A stretch of DNA of 64,000 nt, taken from contig JBDRJV010000007.1 of NCBI GenBank assembly GCA_043814605.1, forward strand, positions 131,354 to 195,353. Direction: 5' to 3'. The translations under genes were made by a program, and so were the position numbers. Origin of the DNA: Candidatus Omnitrophota bacterium (GTDB lineage Bacteria > Omnitrophota > Gorgyraeia > B26-G9). Under the pieces are notes generated by a model that saw only the letters and a list, made by a program, of their open reading frames with translations, had not been told where the DNA came from and searched no databases. Shown piece by piece: positions 30,652 to 41,815 of the stretch (within the stretch, counting starts at the first letter, position 1; each line of letters opens with the position of its first letter).

Positions 30652-30709
30652 CACTAGTGTCCGGTTGTTTTTTTTAATATTTTTGTAATACAATTAATTA
30701 TAACAGGTT

Positions 30710-31681
30710 ATGAAAAAAATATCTGTAATCGATTTGAAATCAGTTTTATACTATGGTCATTCTTTTTTAAACAAACAAAAAGGAGTGGCCGATGAATATA
30801 GGAAAAACTGTCTTTGCCCAAATCATGGACTTTTTACCATTACAAGAATTTCGCAAATGCGTAAATCGAAATCAAGGAAATTACAAAGTTCAAAAATTTT
30901 CTTGCTACGATCAATTTCTTTGTATGGCTTTTGCTCAACTTACTTATCGCGAAAGCTTACGCGATATAGAAACATGTTTGCGTTCAATGCAAAGCAAACT
31001 TTATCATATCGGCTTTCGCGGGAAAATATCTCGCAGTACATTAGCCGATGCAAACGAAACTCGCAATTGCCAAATTTATGCCGACTTCGCACAAATTCTT
31101 ATCAAGACAGCAAGAGGTTTGTATCTCAACGAACCCTTTTCAATAGAATTAAAACAATCTGTTTACGCATTAGACGCAACTACAATCAACCTATGTCTTT
31201 CCTTGTTTCCTTGGTCTCATTTTCGATTAAAACAAGGTGCTATCAAACTGCATACGCTTTTAGATCTCCGAGGAGCAATCCCCTCTTTTATAAGAATTAC
31301 GCCTGCTCGTACACACGAAATAAATATCCTAAAAGAATTGATTCCAGAACCTGGTTCTTTCTATACTTTAGACCGTGGGTATTTCGATTCGGCCTCTCTT
31401 TACATGTTAAATCAGGCAAAATCATTTTTTATCATTCGAGCCAGAAAAGATTTAAATGTCCGCAGACTTTACTCTCGTCCAATAGACAAATCAGCAGGAC
31501 TCAAATACGATCAAACAGTTACCTTTGTCAGCTTTTATCCAAAAAAATGTTACCCGGAACAATTGCGCCGAATCAAATATTTCGACATAGAAAAGAACAA
31601 AAGTTTAATTTTTCTCACAAACAATTTTATTTTACCGGCTTTAACAATTACTCAACTTTACAAATGCCGTTGGCAAATTGA
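30710..31681 (+). other. Overlapping alternative reading frame (323 codons) inside the IS4 element; possible second gene
   Basis: ATG-initiated and stop-free across ~296 transposase codons; Arg/Ser/Lys-rich product with no recognisable family. Confidence 0.35.
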
Positions 31682-31961
31682 ATTATTTTTTAAATGGATA
31701 AAACAACATTTACGCATAAAAGCTTTTTACGGAACATCAGAAAATGCGGTGAAAACCCAAATTTGGATAGCTATTTCCATATATGTGCTAATAGCAATTA
31801 TCAAAAAACAGCTAAAAATAAAGTTAAATCTCTACACAATTTTACAGATTTTTAGTGTTACTATTTTTGAGAAAATGCCGATATTACAACTACTTACAGA
31901 TTATGAATACAACAACAAATTAACTGATTCTTGTAACCAACTAGAATTATTCAACTTATAA
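30792..31961 (+). CDS. IS4 family transposase (DUF4372 + DDE_Tnp_1)
   Basis: QLTYRESLRDIE, SRSTLADAN, LDAT, DRGY and the YREK motif YKCRWQIELFFK; SD AGGAG. Confidence 0.95.
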   Translation: MNIGKTVFAQIMDFLPLQEFRKCVNRNQGNYKVQKFSCYDQFLCMAFAQLTYRESLRDIETCLRSMQSKLYHIGFRGKISRSTLADANETRNCQIYADFAQILIKTARGLYLNEPFSIELKQSVYALDATTINLCLSLFPWSHFRLKQGAIKLHTLLDLRGAIPSFIRITPARTHEINILKELIPEPGSFYTLDRGYFDSASLYMLNQAKSFFIIRARKDLNVRRLYSRPIDKSAGLKYDQTVTFVSFYPKKCYPEQLRRIKYFDIEKNKSLIFLTNNFILPALTITQLYKCRWQIELFFKWIKQHLRIKAFYGTSENAVKTQIWIAISIYVLIAIIKKQLKIKLNLYTILQIFSVTIFEKMPILQLLTDYEYNNKLTDSCNQLELFNL

Positions 31962-31974
31962 CCGGACACTAGTG

Positions 31975-32006
31975 GTAACTTGTAACTTGTAACTGGTAAC
32001 CCTAAC
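31975..32006. repeat. Heptamer repeat array, right part
   Basis: gtaactt gtaactt gtaactg gtaaccc taac. Confidence 0.75.
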
Positions 32007-32023
32007 TATTAACGGTTTATATT

Positions 32024-32809
32024 ATGAACTTATTGATTGATATTGGAAATTCAAATACCACTTTTGGGATATCAAAAAATTATAAAATTAAATTTGTTTT
32101 TCATATTCCGACAAATAAAATAAAAAGTTTTTCTTTTTTTAAAAAAGAAATTCAGAAACATTTTAAAAAACAAAAACTTAGACATAAAGATATACTAAAC
32201 ATTGCTGTTTGTTCGGTTGTACCGCAACTTGATATTAAAATAAAGTCTTATTTAAAAAAGATTTTTAAAATTAAGGTCATTTTTTTTACGGGGTCTGACA
32301 TAATTATTCCGATTACGAATAAGTACAAAGCACCCCAGCAGGTTGGAAAGGATAGGCTAGTTAATGCTTTGGCAGTAAAAGATGAATATAAGCTGCCGGC
32401 TATTGTTGTAGATTTTGGCACAGCGATTACGATTGATGTGATCAATGAAAAAGCGGAATATTTAGGGGGTGTAATTGTTCCGGGAATAAATTTATCTTTA
32501 AGCTCTTTAGCGGAAAAAACTGCTTTGCTGCCTTTACTCAAAGCGCGTAAACCTAGTAAAATTCTTGGCACCAGCACGCAAAATTCTATTTTAAGCGGTA
32601 TTTTTTATGGTTATGCTTTTTTAGTTGACGGCATGATAAAAGCTTTAAAAGCAGAGCAAAAACAAAAATTTCTGGTCATTGCTACAGGTGGTAATTTAAG
32701 TTTAATGAGACCATTATGCAAGGAAATTAATATTTTTGATCAGTATTTGACTTTAAAAGGTATAGAAAAAGTGCTTTTATTTGCAAAATACAAAGAAAAT
32801 AAAAGATAA
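32024..32809 (+). CDS. coaX: Type III pantothenate kinase
   Basis: IDIGNS, SVVP, VGKDR, VDFGTAITID, GGVIVPG, ATGG. Confidence 0.93.
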   Translation: MNLLIDIGNSNTTFGISKNYKIKFVFHIPTNKIKSFSFFKKEIQKHFKKQKLRHKDILNIAVCSVVPQLDIKIKSYLKKIFKIKVIFFTGSDIIIPITNKYKAPQQVGKDRLVNALAVKDEYKLPAIVVDFGTAITIDVINEKAEYLGGVIVPGINLSLSSLAEKTALLPLLKARKPSKILGTSTQNSILSGIFYGYAFLVDGMIKALKAEQKQKFLVIATGGNLSLMRPLCKEINIFDQYLTLKGIEKVLLFAKYKENKR

Positions 32810-32910
32810 ATAGCTAAAAATACCTTAAAATCCTCAATTTTGCCTAAAAATACCTTTTTTTAACACTTGATTTAACTGTTTGTATATGTTAAGTTCTTAT
32901 AAACATAAAA

Positions 32911-32937
32911 TTAGCACTCATCAGGCGAGAGTGCTGA
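32911..32937 (+). promoter_or_regulatory. CIRCE element (HrcA operator)
   Basis: TTAGCACTC-N9-GAGTGCTGA (one mismatch from consensus) directly upstream of groES. Confidence 0.92.
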
Positions 32938-32960
32938 TAAAAAAAAAGGGAGGTGTTTGT

Positions 32961-33251
32961 ATGAAAATTAAGCCATTAGGTGATCGAATTTTAGTAAAGG
33001 TTTTGGAGGCTAAGGAAAAAACAGAAAGTGGAATTTTTTTGCCAGATACGGCAAAAGAAAAACCCCAGGAAGCAGAAGTAATTGCTGTCGGAATGGGTAA
33101 GGTTTTAGAAAGCGGGAAAGTTCAGGCGCCGGAAGTTAAAGTTAAAGATAAAGTTTTGTTTGGAAAGTATTCTGGGACAAATGTTTCAACCCAGGACGGA
33201 AAAGAATATCTAATACTCAGAGAAGAAGATATTTTAGCAATTATCAGTTAA
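32961..33251 (+). CDS. groES: Co-chaperonin GroES
   Basis: [21 protein letters not shown]; SD GGAGGTG. Confidence 0.97.
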   Translation: MKIKPLGDRILVKVLEAKEKTESGIFLPDTAKEKPQEAEVIAVGMGKVLESGKVQAPEVKVKDKVLFGKYSGTNVSTQDGKEYLILREEDILAIIS

Positions 33252-33272
33252 CGTTTTATAATTAGGAGGTGA

Positions 33273-34916
<1,644 letters not shown>

Positions 34917-34936
34917 TACCGCATTTGGGTAATTTT

Positions 34937-34973
34937 AAACCCGCAGAAAGTATGGTCTTTCTGCGGGTTTTTT
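34937..34973 (+). terminator. Rho-independent terminator
   Basis: aaacccgcagaaag-tatggt-ctttctgcgggtttttt. Confidence 0.9.
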
Positions 34974-34978
34974 ATTAA

Positions 34979-35007
34979 TTGACAGTGTTTTTATTTTATG
35001 TTATATT
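34979..35007 (+). promoter_or_regulatory. Sigma70 promoter
   Basis: TTGACA-N17-TATATT with extended TG. Confidence 0.65.
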
Positions 35008-35093
35008 TAACATTCATTACTTTCTGATTTGCTTAGTATTAAATAAGTTATGAGAAAAATAAAATTAAAATTAACTCGGGGAGGCAATAAAAA

Positions 35094-36254
35094 ATGGCTC
35101 AATTTATTGGTAGAGGCCGTAAATCTCGGCGTTGCTATGGGTTTGATGAGGTAGCTTTAGTTCCGGGGATGGTAACAATTAATCCTAACGAAGTCGATAC
35201 AAATTTTATTTTAGGTGATAAAAAGTATAGAGTACCGATTATTGCTGCAGCTATGGATGGAGTAGTGGATGTTAATTTTGCCGTGAAAATGGGCCAATTA
35301 GGCGGTTTAGCAGTTTTAAATTTGGAAGGAGTACAAACCCGCTATGAAAATCCAGATGAGGTTTTAGATGAAATTGCTCAAGCAAATCCAGAAGAAGCCA
35401 CGAAATTGGTGCAAGGTATTTATCATGAACCGATAAAAGAAAAGCTGGTTGCGGTAAGAGTGCAACAAATAAAAAAGAAAAAAGTGCCTTGTGTTGTTAG
35501 TGCTATTCCTCAACGGGCAGAAAAATTTGGCGCTTTAGCACAGGAAGCTGGCGCGGATATTTTTGTTGTTCAATCTACAGTAACATCAGTACGTCACATA
35601 TCTACTGAATATAAAGCATTGAATTTGGCAAAATTTTGTAAGGCAATGAAAATCCCTGTAATTGTCGGAAATTGTGTTAGTTATAATGTAGCTTTAGAAT
35701 TATTTGAAACCGGATCAAGTGGGTTACTGGTGGGAATTGGACCAGGAGCAGCATGTACGACCCGAGGTGTTTTGGGTATTGGGGTGCCGCAAGTAACTTC
35801 AACTTGTGATGTAGCGGCAGCGCGTGATTTTTATTTTAAGAAAACCGGAAAATATATTCCCATAATAACGGATGGAGGTATGCGTACTGGCGGGGATATT
35901 TGTAAAGCTTTTGCTTGCGGGGCTGATTCAGTTATGGTTGGTTCGGCTTTTGCCCGGGCAAAAGAGGCACCCGGACGGGGATATCATTGGGGCATGGCTA
36001 CGCCGCATGCAAATTTACCGCGTGGAACAAGAATTTATGTGGGAACTACCGGTACTTTAGAAGAAATTTTATTCGGGCCAGCCCGTTTAGACGATGGTTC
36101 ACAAAATTTGGTGGGAGCATTAGCTTTGTCTATGGGATCTGTAGGCGCAAAAACAATAAAAGAAATGAACCTGACGGAAATTATTATTGCTCCTTCTATT
36201 CAGACCGAAGGAAAAATATTTCAGCAGGTGCAACGTGTAGGAATGGGAAAATAA
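35094..36254 (+). CDS. GuaB3-family IMP dehydrogenase-related protein
   Basis: YGFDEVALVPG, AMDGV, GIGPGAACTTRGVLG, HWGMATP. Confidence 0.88.
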   Translation: MAQFIGRGRKSRRCYGFDEVALVPGMVTINPNEVDTNFILGDKKYRVPIIAAAMDGVVDVNFAVKMGQLGGLAVLNLEGVQTRYENPDEVLDEIAQANPEEATKLVQGIYHEPIKEKLVAVRVQQIKKKKVPCVVSAIPQRAEKFGALAQEAGADIFVVQSTVTSVRHISTEYKALNLAKFCKAMKIPVIVGNCVSYNVALELFETGSSGLLVGIGPGAACTTRGVLGIGVPQVTSTCDVAAARDFYFKKTGKYIPIITDGGMRTGGDICKAFACGADSVMVGSAFARAKEAPGRGYHWGMATPHANLPRGTRIYVGTTGTLEEILFGPARLDDGSQNLVGALALSMGSVGAKTIKEMNLTEIIIAPSIQTEGKIFQQVQRVGMGK

Positions 36255-36301
36255 GTTTTGTAAAAATAACAAGTCAAAAATCTAAAGTTAAAAACAAGAA
36301 A

Positions 36302-38065
36302 ATGTTTAGAACACATAATTGCAATGAATTAACGCTCGAACATGAAAATAAAGAAGTGATTCTTTCCGGCTGGATAAATTCCCGGCGTGATCATGGTGGT
36401 TTGATTTTTATAGATTTACGCGATCGTTATGGATTAACACAAATAGTGTTAGATCCTCAAGTGAATGCGCAGGTACATGATCAGGCACAAATATTAAGAA
36501 ATGAATTTGTAATTTGTGTTAAAGGGAAAGTTAATAAAAGGCCACAAGGAACCATTAATCCAAAGCTAGTTACGGGCCAGATCGAGGTGCATGTAGATAA
36601 TTTAGAAATTCTTAATAAAGCTAATCCTTTGCCTTTTGAAATAAACGATGAACGGGAAGTCAATGAAGAGTTACGTCTTAAGTATCGTTTTCTTGACCTA
36701 AGAAAAAAAAGAATGAAAGAAAACCTGATTCTAAGATCAAAGGTTTTTAAAATAATCCGGGATTTTATGGATCAAGAAAATTTTATCGAAGTGGAAACTC
36801 CGATATTGACAAAAAGTACTCCCGAAGGGGCCAGAGACTATTTAGTCCCCAGCCGCGTTAATCCGGGTTTATTTTTTGCCCTGCCGCAATCACCGCAATT
36901 ATTTAAGCAAATTTTAATGGTTTCTGGTTTTGATAAATATTATCAAATTGCAAAGTGTTTTCTGGATGAAGATTTAAGAAAAGACCGCCAGCCTGAATTT
37001 ACACAGCTGGATATTGAGATGTCTTTTGTGAGCGAAGATGAAATTTATGTATTAATGGAAAAACTAATTGCCGCTATATTTCAAAAAGCACTGGGGAAGA
37101 TAATACCTATCCCTTTTAAACGTTTTACCCATAAAGTGGCAATGGAGCGTTATGGTACGGATAAGCCTGATTTACGTTATGATATGCAGTTATATGATTT
37201 GAGCGATCTTGTTATTGGTTCGGAATTTATGGTGTTTAAGAATGTGATCGAATCAAAAGGAAAAATATTGGGTATGAATGTATCCGGAGCCGGAAAATTT
37301 TCTGCTAAAGATTTAGATGATTTAATACAAAAAGCAAAAGATCTAGGCGCTAAAGGATTAGTCTGGGTCAAAATTGGTGCTGACGGATACCAGTCTCCTG
37401 TGAAAAAGCATTTAGGCCAGGAATTACTGGAGAGGTTAGCTGAGAAGGTGAAAGCAACAAAGGGCGATTTATTATTGATTGTTGCGGATATGCCAAAAAC
37501 CGCAATGTCTGTTTTAGGCACAATACGGATAGCTGTAGCGGAAAAATTGGGCCTAGATAAAAATAATGATCAACTTAATTTTCTTTGGGTAACAGATTTT
37601 CCGTTATTTCAATATAACCCCGATACAAAAAGATGGGATTCTGAGCACCATCCTTTTACTGCTCCCAAACCAGAAGATATTCCATACCTTGATTCTGATT
37701 TAACCCGGGTACGTTCTTGTGCTTATGATTTGGTAGTGAATGGTACAGAATTAGGCAGTGGAAGTATTCGTATTCATCAGCAGGAATTACAAGAAAAAAT
37801 CTTTAAAATTTTAGGAATGAATCCGGCTGAGGTTAAAAAAAAATTTGGGTTTTTACTGGAAGCTTTTAAGTTTGGCGCTCCGCCGCACGGAGGCATTGCT
37901 CCGGGGCTGGATAGACTTTTAACAATTATGACCAATAGTTCAAGTATCCGAGATGTAATTGCTTTTCCGAAAACACAAAAAGCTTGGTGCCCCTTAACTG
38001 ATGCACCGTCGGAAGTTTCCGATACACAGCTTAAAGATCTTAATTTGACAATAGATAAGGAATGA
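36302..38065 (+). CDS. aspS: Aspartate--tRNA ligase, probably non-discriminating (Asp/Asn)
   Basis: MFRTHNC start, RRDHGG and RPQG (non-discriminating-type His/Gly), TPEGARDY, ALPQSPQ, GAPPHGG; motif 2 reads CFLDED. Confidence 0.93.
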   Translation: MFRTHNCNELTLEHENKEVILSGWINSRRDHGGLIFIDLRDRYGLTQIVLDPQVNAQVHDQAQILRNEFVICVKGKVNKRPQGTINPKLVTGQIEVHVDNLEILNKANPLPFEINDEREVNEELRLKYRFLDLRKKRMKENLILRSKVFKIIRDFMDQENFIEVETPILTKSTPEGARDYLVPSRVNPGLFFALPQSPQLFKQILMVSGFDKYYQIAKCFLDEDLRKDRQPEFTQLDIEMSFVSEDEIYVLMEKLIAAIFQKALGKIIPIPFKRFTHKVAMERYGTDKPDLRYDMQLYDLSDLVIGSEFMVFKNVIESKGKILGMNVSGAGKFSAKDLDDLIQKAKDLGAKGLVWVKIGADGYQSPVKKHLGQELLERLAEKVKATKGDLLLIVADMPKTAMSVLGTIRIAVAEKLGLDKNNDQLNFLWVTDFPLFQYNPDTKRWDSEHHPFTAPKPEDIPYLDSDLTRVRSCAYDLVVNGTELGSGSIRIHQQELQEKIFKILGMNPAEVKKKFGFLLEAFKFGAPPHGGIAPGLDRLLTIMTNSSSIRDVIAFPKTQKAWCPLTDAPSEVSDTQLKDLNLTIDKE

Positions 38066-38177
38066 ACTATAATAGATTGCACTTATATCGCTTAATTAAT
38101 AATGAGTCTTTAATTTTAATCATCTAATAATTTAAAAGGCGCTTTTATGCCTGAAGTTAATCAGGAGGTGCTTGAGA

Positions 38178-38798
38178 ATGAAAAAGAATTTATTTTTGTT
38201 TTTAATTATTTGTCTGGTGGGGATGAGCGCCAGTGGATGTGCGAAAAGAGTTAAAATCACAACGATCGAAAAAGAACGTATTGATCAAGATACCACAGCG
38301 GGTAACCAAGGTTTTATTGCAGGAACTCCGCCGCCGCAAGATGAGTTTAAAGTACGTGCGACAACGAGAGAAATTTATCAAGTCACTTTAGATTTACCGC
38401 CTTATCCGCAATGGAAAAATTTTAGGTTTAAGCCGACAGAAGATAAAAAATTATGGGGAAATCGGGGCTATATTTATGGCGGACCGCAGTTAATCGAAAA
38501 AGAAGAAACAGAGCCAATACAGCCGGCGGAAAGCGAAAATATAATTTTGCCTGATGCAGAAGAAGATATTCAAGAAAAAGAGGAAGTTCAGGATTTTACT
38601 CTCCCGGCGCAAACTTATGAAGAAGAATCCGCGTTTACTGATTATGTTGTGAAAAAAGGGGATACCTTACAGAAAATTTCTTTAAAAGTATATGGGACAA
38701 CTAAAAAGTGGAAAAAGATTTTTGATTTTAATAGTGGTGTATTAAAAAATCCAAACAAAATTTATCCCGGCCAAAAAATTAAGATTCCGCAAATGTAG
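38178..38798 (+). CDS. LysM-domain lipoprotein
   Basis: Lipobox ASGC; C-terminal YVVKKGDTLQKIS...NPNKIYPGQKIKIP. Confidence 0.85.
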   Translation: MKKNLFLFLIICLVGMSASGCAKRVKITTIEKERIDQDTTAGNQGFIAGTPPPQDEFKVRATTREIYQVTLDLPPYPQWKNFRFKPTEDKKLWGNRGYIYGGPQLIEKEETEPIQPAESENIILPDAEEDIQEKEEVQDFTLPAQTYEEESAFTDYVVKKGDTLQKISLKVYGTTKKWKKIFDFNSGVLKNPNKIYPGQKIKIPQM

Positions 38799-38818
38799 AA
38801 AATTTTTAATTAAAATGC

Positions 38819-39778
38819 ATGAAGAAAAATATAAATATTGATAGTCATGAAGAAGCAAAAATTCTTTTTGGCCGACATGATGAAAATATAAAGATTATTG
38901 AAAAAGAACTCACCGTACAAATAATTACTCGAGGAGAAACACTTACCGTTAAGGGGAAAGAAAAAGAAGTAAATCTGGCCATAAAGTTAATAACAGAATT
39001 GATAGATTTTATCCGCACCGGCAGTGATTTAAAGCATGAAGATATCATTTGTGCGTTAAATTCGCAAGGGCTGGGCAAGAAAAGGCAGGAAAGTGATTTA
39101 ACCTATAGACGTATTAACGTGATGGGTAAAAAACAGTTTACTACTCCTAAAACTCCTGGCCAAAGCAAATATGTTGATGCGATTCGTGAATCAGATATTA
39201 CTTTTTGTATTGGTCCGGCAGGAACAGGTAAAACTTATTTAGCCGTGGCGATGGCTATTTCCGCTTTAAAAGCCGGAGAGGTTAACCGGATTGTTTTGAC
39301 CCGTCCAGCAATAGAAGCAGGGGAGAGTTTAGGGTTTTTGCCAGGGGATTTATCCGAAAAGATCACACCCTATTTAAGGCCGGTGTATGATGCGCTTTAT
39401 GAAATGATGGATCAAGATAAAGTAGAGAATTATTTAGAACGTAATATTATTGAAATTGCTCCGTTAGCTTACATGCGGGGCAGAACTTTAAATGATTCCT
39501 TTATTGTTTTGGATGAAGCTCAAAATAGCACACAAGAGCAAATGAAAATGTTTTTAACCCGGTTGGGTTTTGATTCCAAAACAGTGATTACCGGGGATAT
39601 TACGCAAGTTGATTTGCCGGTGAATAAAAAGTCAGGTTTATTGCAAGCGCAAAAAATTTTAAAGGGTATAAACGGAATCAGTTTCACTTATTTAACAGAC
39701 AAAGATGTAATCCGGCATAAGTTAGTTAAAGAAATTATTAAGGCTTATGCACAACTTGATCATAGTTTAAAATCCTAA
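38819..39778 (+). CDS. phoH: PhoH family ATPase
   Basis: GPAGTGKT, RPAIEAGE, YMRGRTL, DEAQN. Confidence 0.93.
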   Translation: MKKNINIDSHEEAKILFGRHDENIKIIEKELTVQIITRGETLTVKGKEKEVNLAIKLITELIDFIRTGSDLKHEDIICALNSQGLGKKRQESDLTYRRINVMGKKQFTTPKTPGQSKYVDAIRESDITFCIGPAGTGKTYLAVAMAISALKAGEVNRIVLTRPAIEAGESLGFLPGDLSEKITPYLRPVYDALYEMMDQDKVENYLERNIIEIAPLAYMRGRTLNDSFIVLDEAQNSTQEQMKMFLTRLGFDSKTVITGDITQVDLPVNKKSGLLQAQKILKGINGISFTYLTDKDVIRHKLVKEIIKAYAQLDHSLKS

Positions 39779-39780
39779 AT

Positions 39781-41442
39781 ATGAAAAATATAATTAGTGA
39801 CTCAAATCCTCAAAAAATTAAACATTCTTTGCAGATAATTATCCCGATTTTTATCTGTATTGTTTTAGCGATAAGTATTTTTATCGGGAGAGATTTTCTG
39901 GTCGTGGGAAAATATTATATTCAGGGACAAATAAGTCAAAGGGATATTTTTGCCCCTTTTGATTTTTCTTTTACGGATACGAATCTGCAAAACATTGAAG
40001 TTAAGAAAAATGAATTAATTGTCGAGCGCGGGGAGAAAATTAATAAGACACAGGAATTAGCGATTTTAAAATTACAATCAATGCAAAACCAGCCGAAAAA
40101 TCTCTATTATTATTTAGGTCTTTTTTTATTGCTGCTTATTTTTTCTGTGATCGTGGCAACGTATGTAAGTATCCGGCGCGATAAGATTTTGTTTAATATT
40201 AAAAATGTAATTTTGTTGTGTCTTTTAATCATATTATTAATTTTGAGTGCCAAAGCAATTTTAATCTCCCAATGGCCGATTTATTTAATTCCTGTTGCCA
40301 GTGTAGTGATGCTGGCCGCAATTCTTATTGACCCAGGAATTGCGATGATGCTTACGGTTTTACTGAGTGTTTATACCGGGGTATTAACCGGTGTACGCTT
40401 TGACATTATGCTGATTATGCTTTCCGGAGGCATTGTGAGTATTTATACTGTGTTAAATGTGCGCCGCCGGCGCAGTTTGACCAAAGCCGGTATATTAATC
40501 GGATTGACTAATTTTATTGCGGTTGTCTGTATCGGTCTGATTAATTTTGTACCGATTAATCGTTTAATTATTCAAGGGGCATGGGGGTTTGCTAATGGTA
40601 TGCTGTGTGCGGTGATTGTCACCGGACTTCTCCCGATTTTTGAAATAATTTTTCAAATAATGACGAATATCAGCCTGCTGGAATTGTCCGACTTAAATCA
40701 GCCGCTGTTAAAAGACTTAGTTTTAAAAGCACCGGGAACTTATCATCATAGTCTGGTTGTCGGAAATTTAGCAGAATCTGCCGCAGAAGCTGTTGGGGCA
40801 AATAGTTTATTAGCACGTGTCGGAGCTTATTTTCATGATATTGGGAAAATACGTATGGCACCGTATTTTAGCGAGAATCAGTCTCATGCTGAAAATAAGC
40901 ATGAAACTCTCAGCCCGACAATTAGCAGTTTGATTATTATTAATCATATCAAAGAGGGTGTAGATCTTGCCAAAAAACATAAGTTAGGCAAAGCAATTAA
41001 TGATGTTATTGCGCAACATCACGGTGATGACGTTGTTCATTTCTTTTATATGCGGGCACTGGAACAGAATCAAGAGGATAAAACTAAAATTGAATCAGAA
41101 AATTTTAGGTATCCCGGGCCAAAACCGCAATTTAAAGAAGCTGCGATTGTGATGTTGGCGGATTCAGTGGAAGCGGCTTCACGCGCCATGCCGCAGCCGA
41201 CACCAGCAAAAATAAAAGATGTAGTTAACCGGATCATCAATAATAAATTTATTGGCGGCCAACTCGACGAATGTGATTTAACCCTAAAAGATTTACATAT
41301 TATTTCAGAGATATTTACGCATATTTTAAACGGAATTTTTCACACACGCGTGGAGTACCCAGAGTTAAATCAAAATGGTGATGAACAAAATAAAAATAAA
41401 GAATCTTCAGAAAAAAACAAAAATAAACCAAAAAAAACTTAG
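39781..41442 (+). CDS. 7TM-HD (HDIG) phosphohydrolase, PgpH-like
   Basis: Multiple TM helices, APGTYHHS, HDIGK, FRYPGPKP, MLADSVEAA; located between phoH and ybeY. Confidence 0.88.
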   Translation: MKNIISDSNPQKIKHSLQIIIPIFICIVLAISIFIGRDFLVVGKYYIQGQISQRDIFAPFDFSFTDTNLQNIEVKKNELIVERGEKINKTQELAILKLQSMQNQPKNLYYYLGLFLLLLIFSVIVATYVSIRRDKILFNIKNVILLCLLIILLILSAKAILISQWPIYLIPVASVVMLAAILIDPGIAMMLTVLLSVYTGVLTGVRFDIMLIMLSGGIVSIYTVLNVRRRRSLTKAGILIGLTNFIAVVCIGLINFVPINRLIIQGAWGFANGMLCAVIVTGLLPIFEIIFQIMTNISLLELSDLNQPLLKDLVLKAPGTYHHSLVVGNLAESAAEAVGANSLLARVGAYFHDIGKIRMAPYFSENQSHAENKHETLSPTISSLIIINHIKEGVDLAKKHKLGKAINDVIAQHHGDDVVHFFYMRALEQNQEDKTKIESENFRYPGPKPQFKEAAIVMLADSVEAASRAMPQPTPAKIKDVVNRIINNKFIGGQLDECDLTLKDLHIISEIFTHILNGIFHTRVEYPELNQNGDEQNKNKESSEKNKNKPKKT

Positions 41443-41815
41443 AAGTTTTGCCGAAAAAGTTTTAAAAAATAAAGGCATTGATAAAACTGAATTAAGTGTG
41501 CTTTTAGTTGATAACCTAAAAATAAAACAGCTAAATGAAAAATATCTCGGTAAAAATTCTGCGACAGATGTGCTTGCCTTTAGAATGGCGGATGGCGATT
41601 TTAATGAAATACATCCGGAAATCCTAGGGGATGTAATTATTTCACTGGAAATGGCAAAAAAATGCGCCAAACAACTAAACTCCAGATGGGAAGAAGAAGT
41701 TTATTTATATCTTACACATGGAATCCTGCATTTGCTAGGTTATTCGGATTTGACGGAAAAAGGATTTAACCAGATGCAGGAAATGCAAAAGGAGATTTTA
41801 GAAAAATGTGCATAG
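41381..41815 (+). CDS. ybeY: rRNA maturation RNase YbeY
   Basis: TDVLAF, LGDVIIS, HGILHLLGY. Confidence 0.92.
   Translation: MNKIKIKNLQKKTKINQKKLRSFAEKVLKNKGIDKTELSVLLVDNLKIKQLNEKYLGKNSATDVLAFRMADGDFNEIHPEILGDVIISLEMAKKCAKQLNSRWEEEVYLYLTHGILHLLGYSDLTEKGFNQMQEMQKEILEKCA

Larger units (their letters stand above)
30652..31974 (+). mobile_element. IS4-family insertion sequence, apparently intact
   Basis: Perfect 15-bp terminal inverted repeats CACTAGTGTCCGGTT (30652-30666) and AACCGGACACTAGTG (31960-31974). Flanking direct repeat GTAACTTGT at 30643-30651 and 31975-31983. Confidence 0.93.

Noticed and set aside
32880-32960. N-terminal extension of GroES in the ORF track
   Set aside because: It runs through the promoter and CIRCE; the SD and homology place the start at 32961.
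35987-36301. 105-aa N-terminal extension of AspRS
   Set aside because: It overlaps guaB3 out of frame; the canonical start MFRTH is at 36302.
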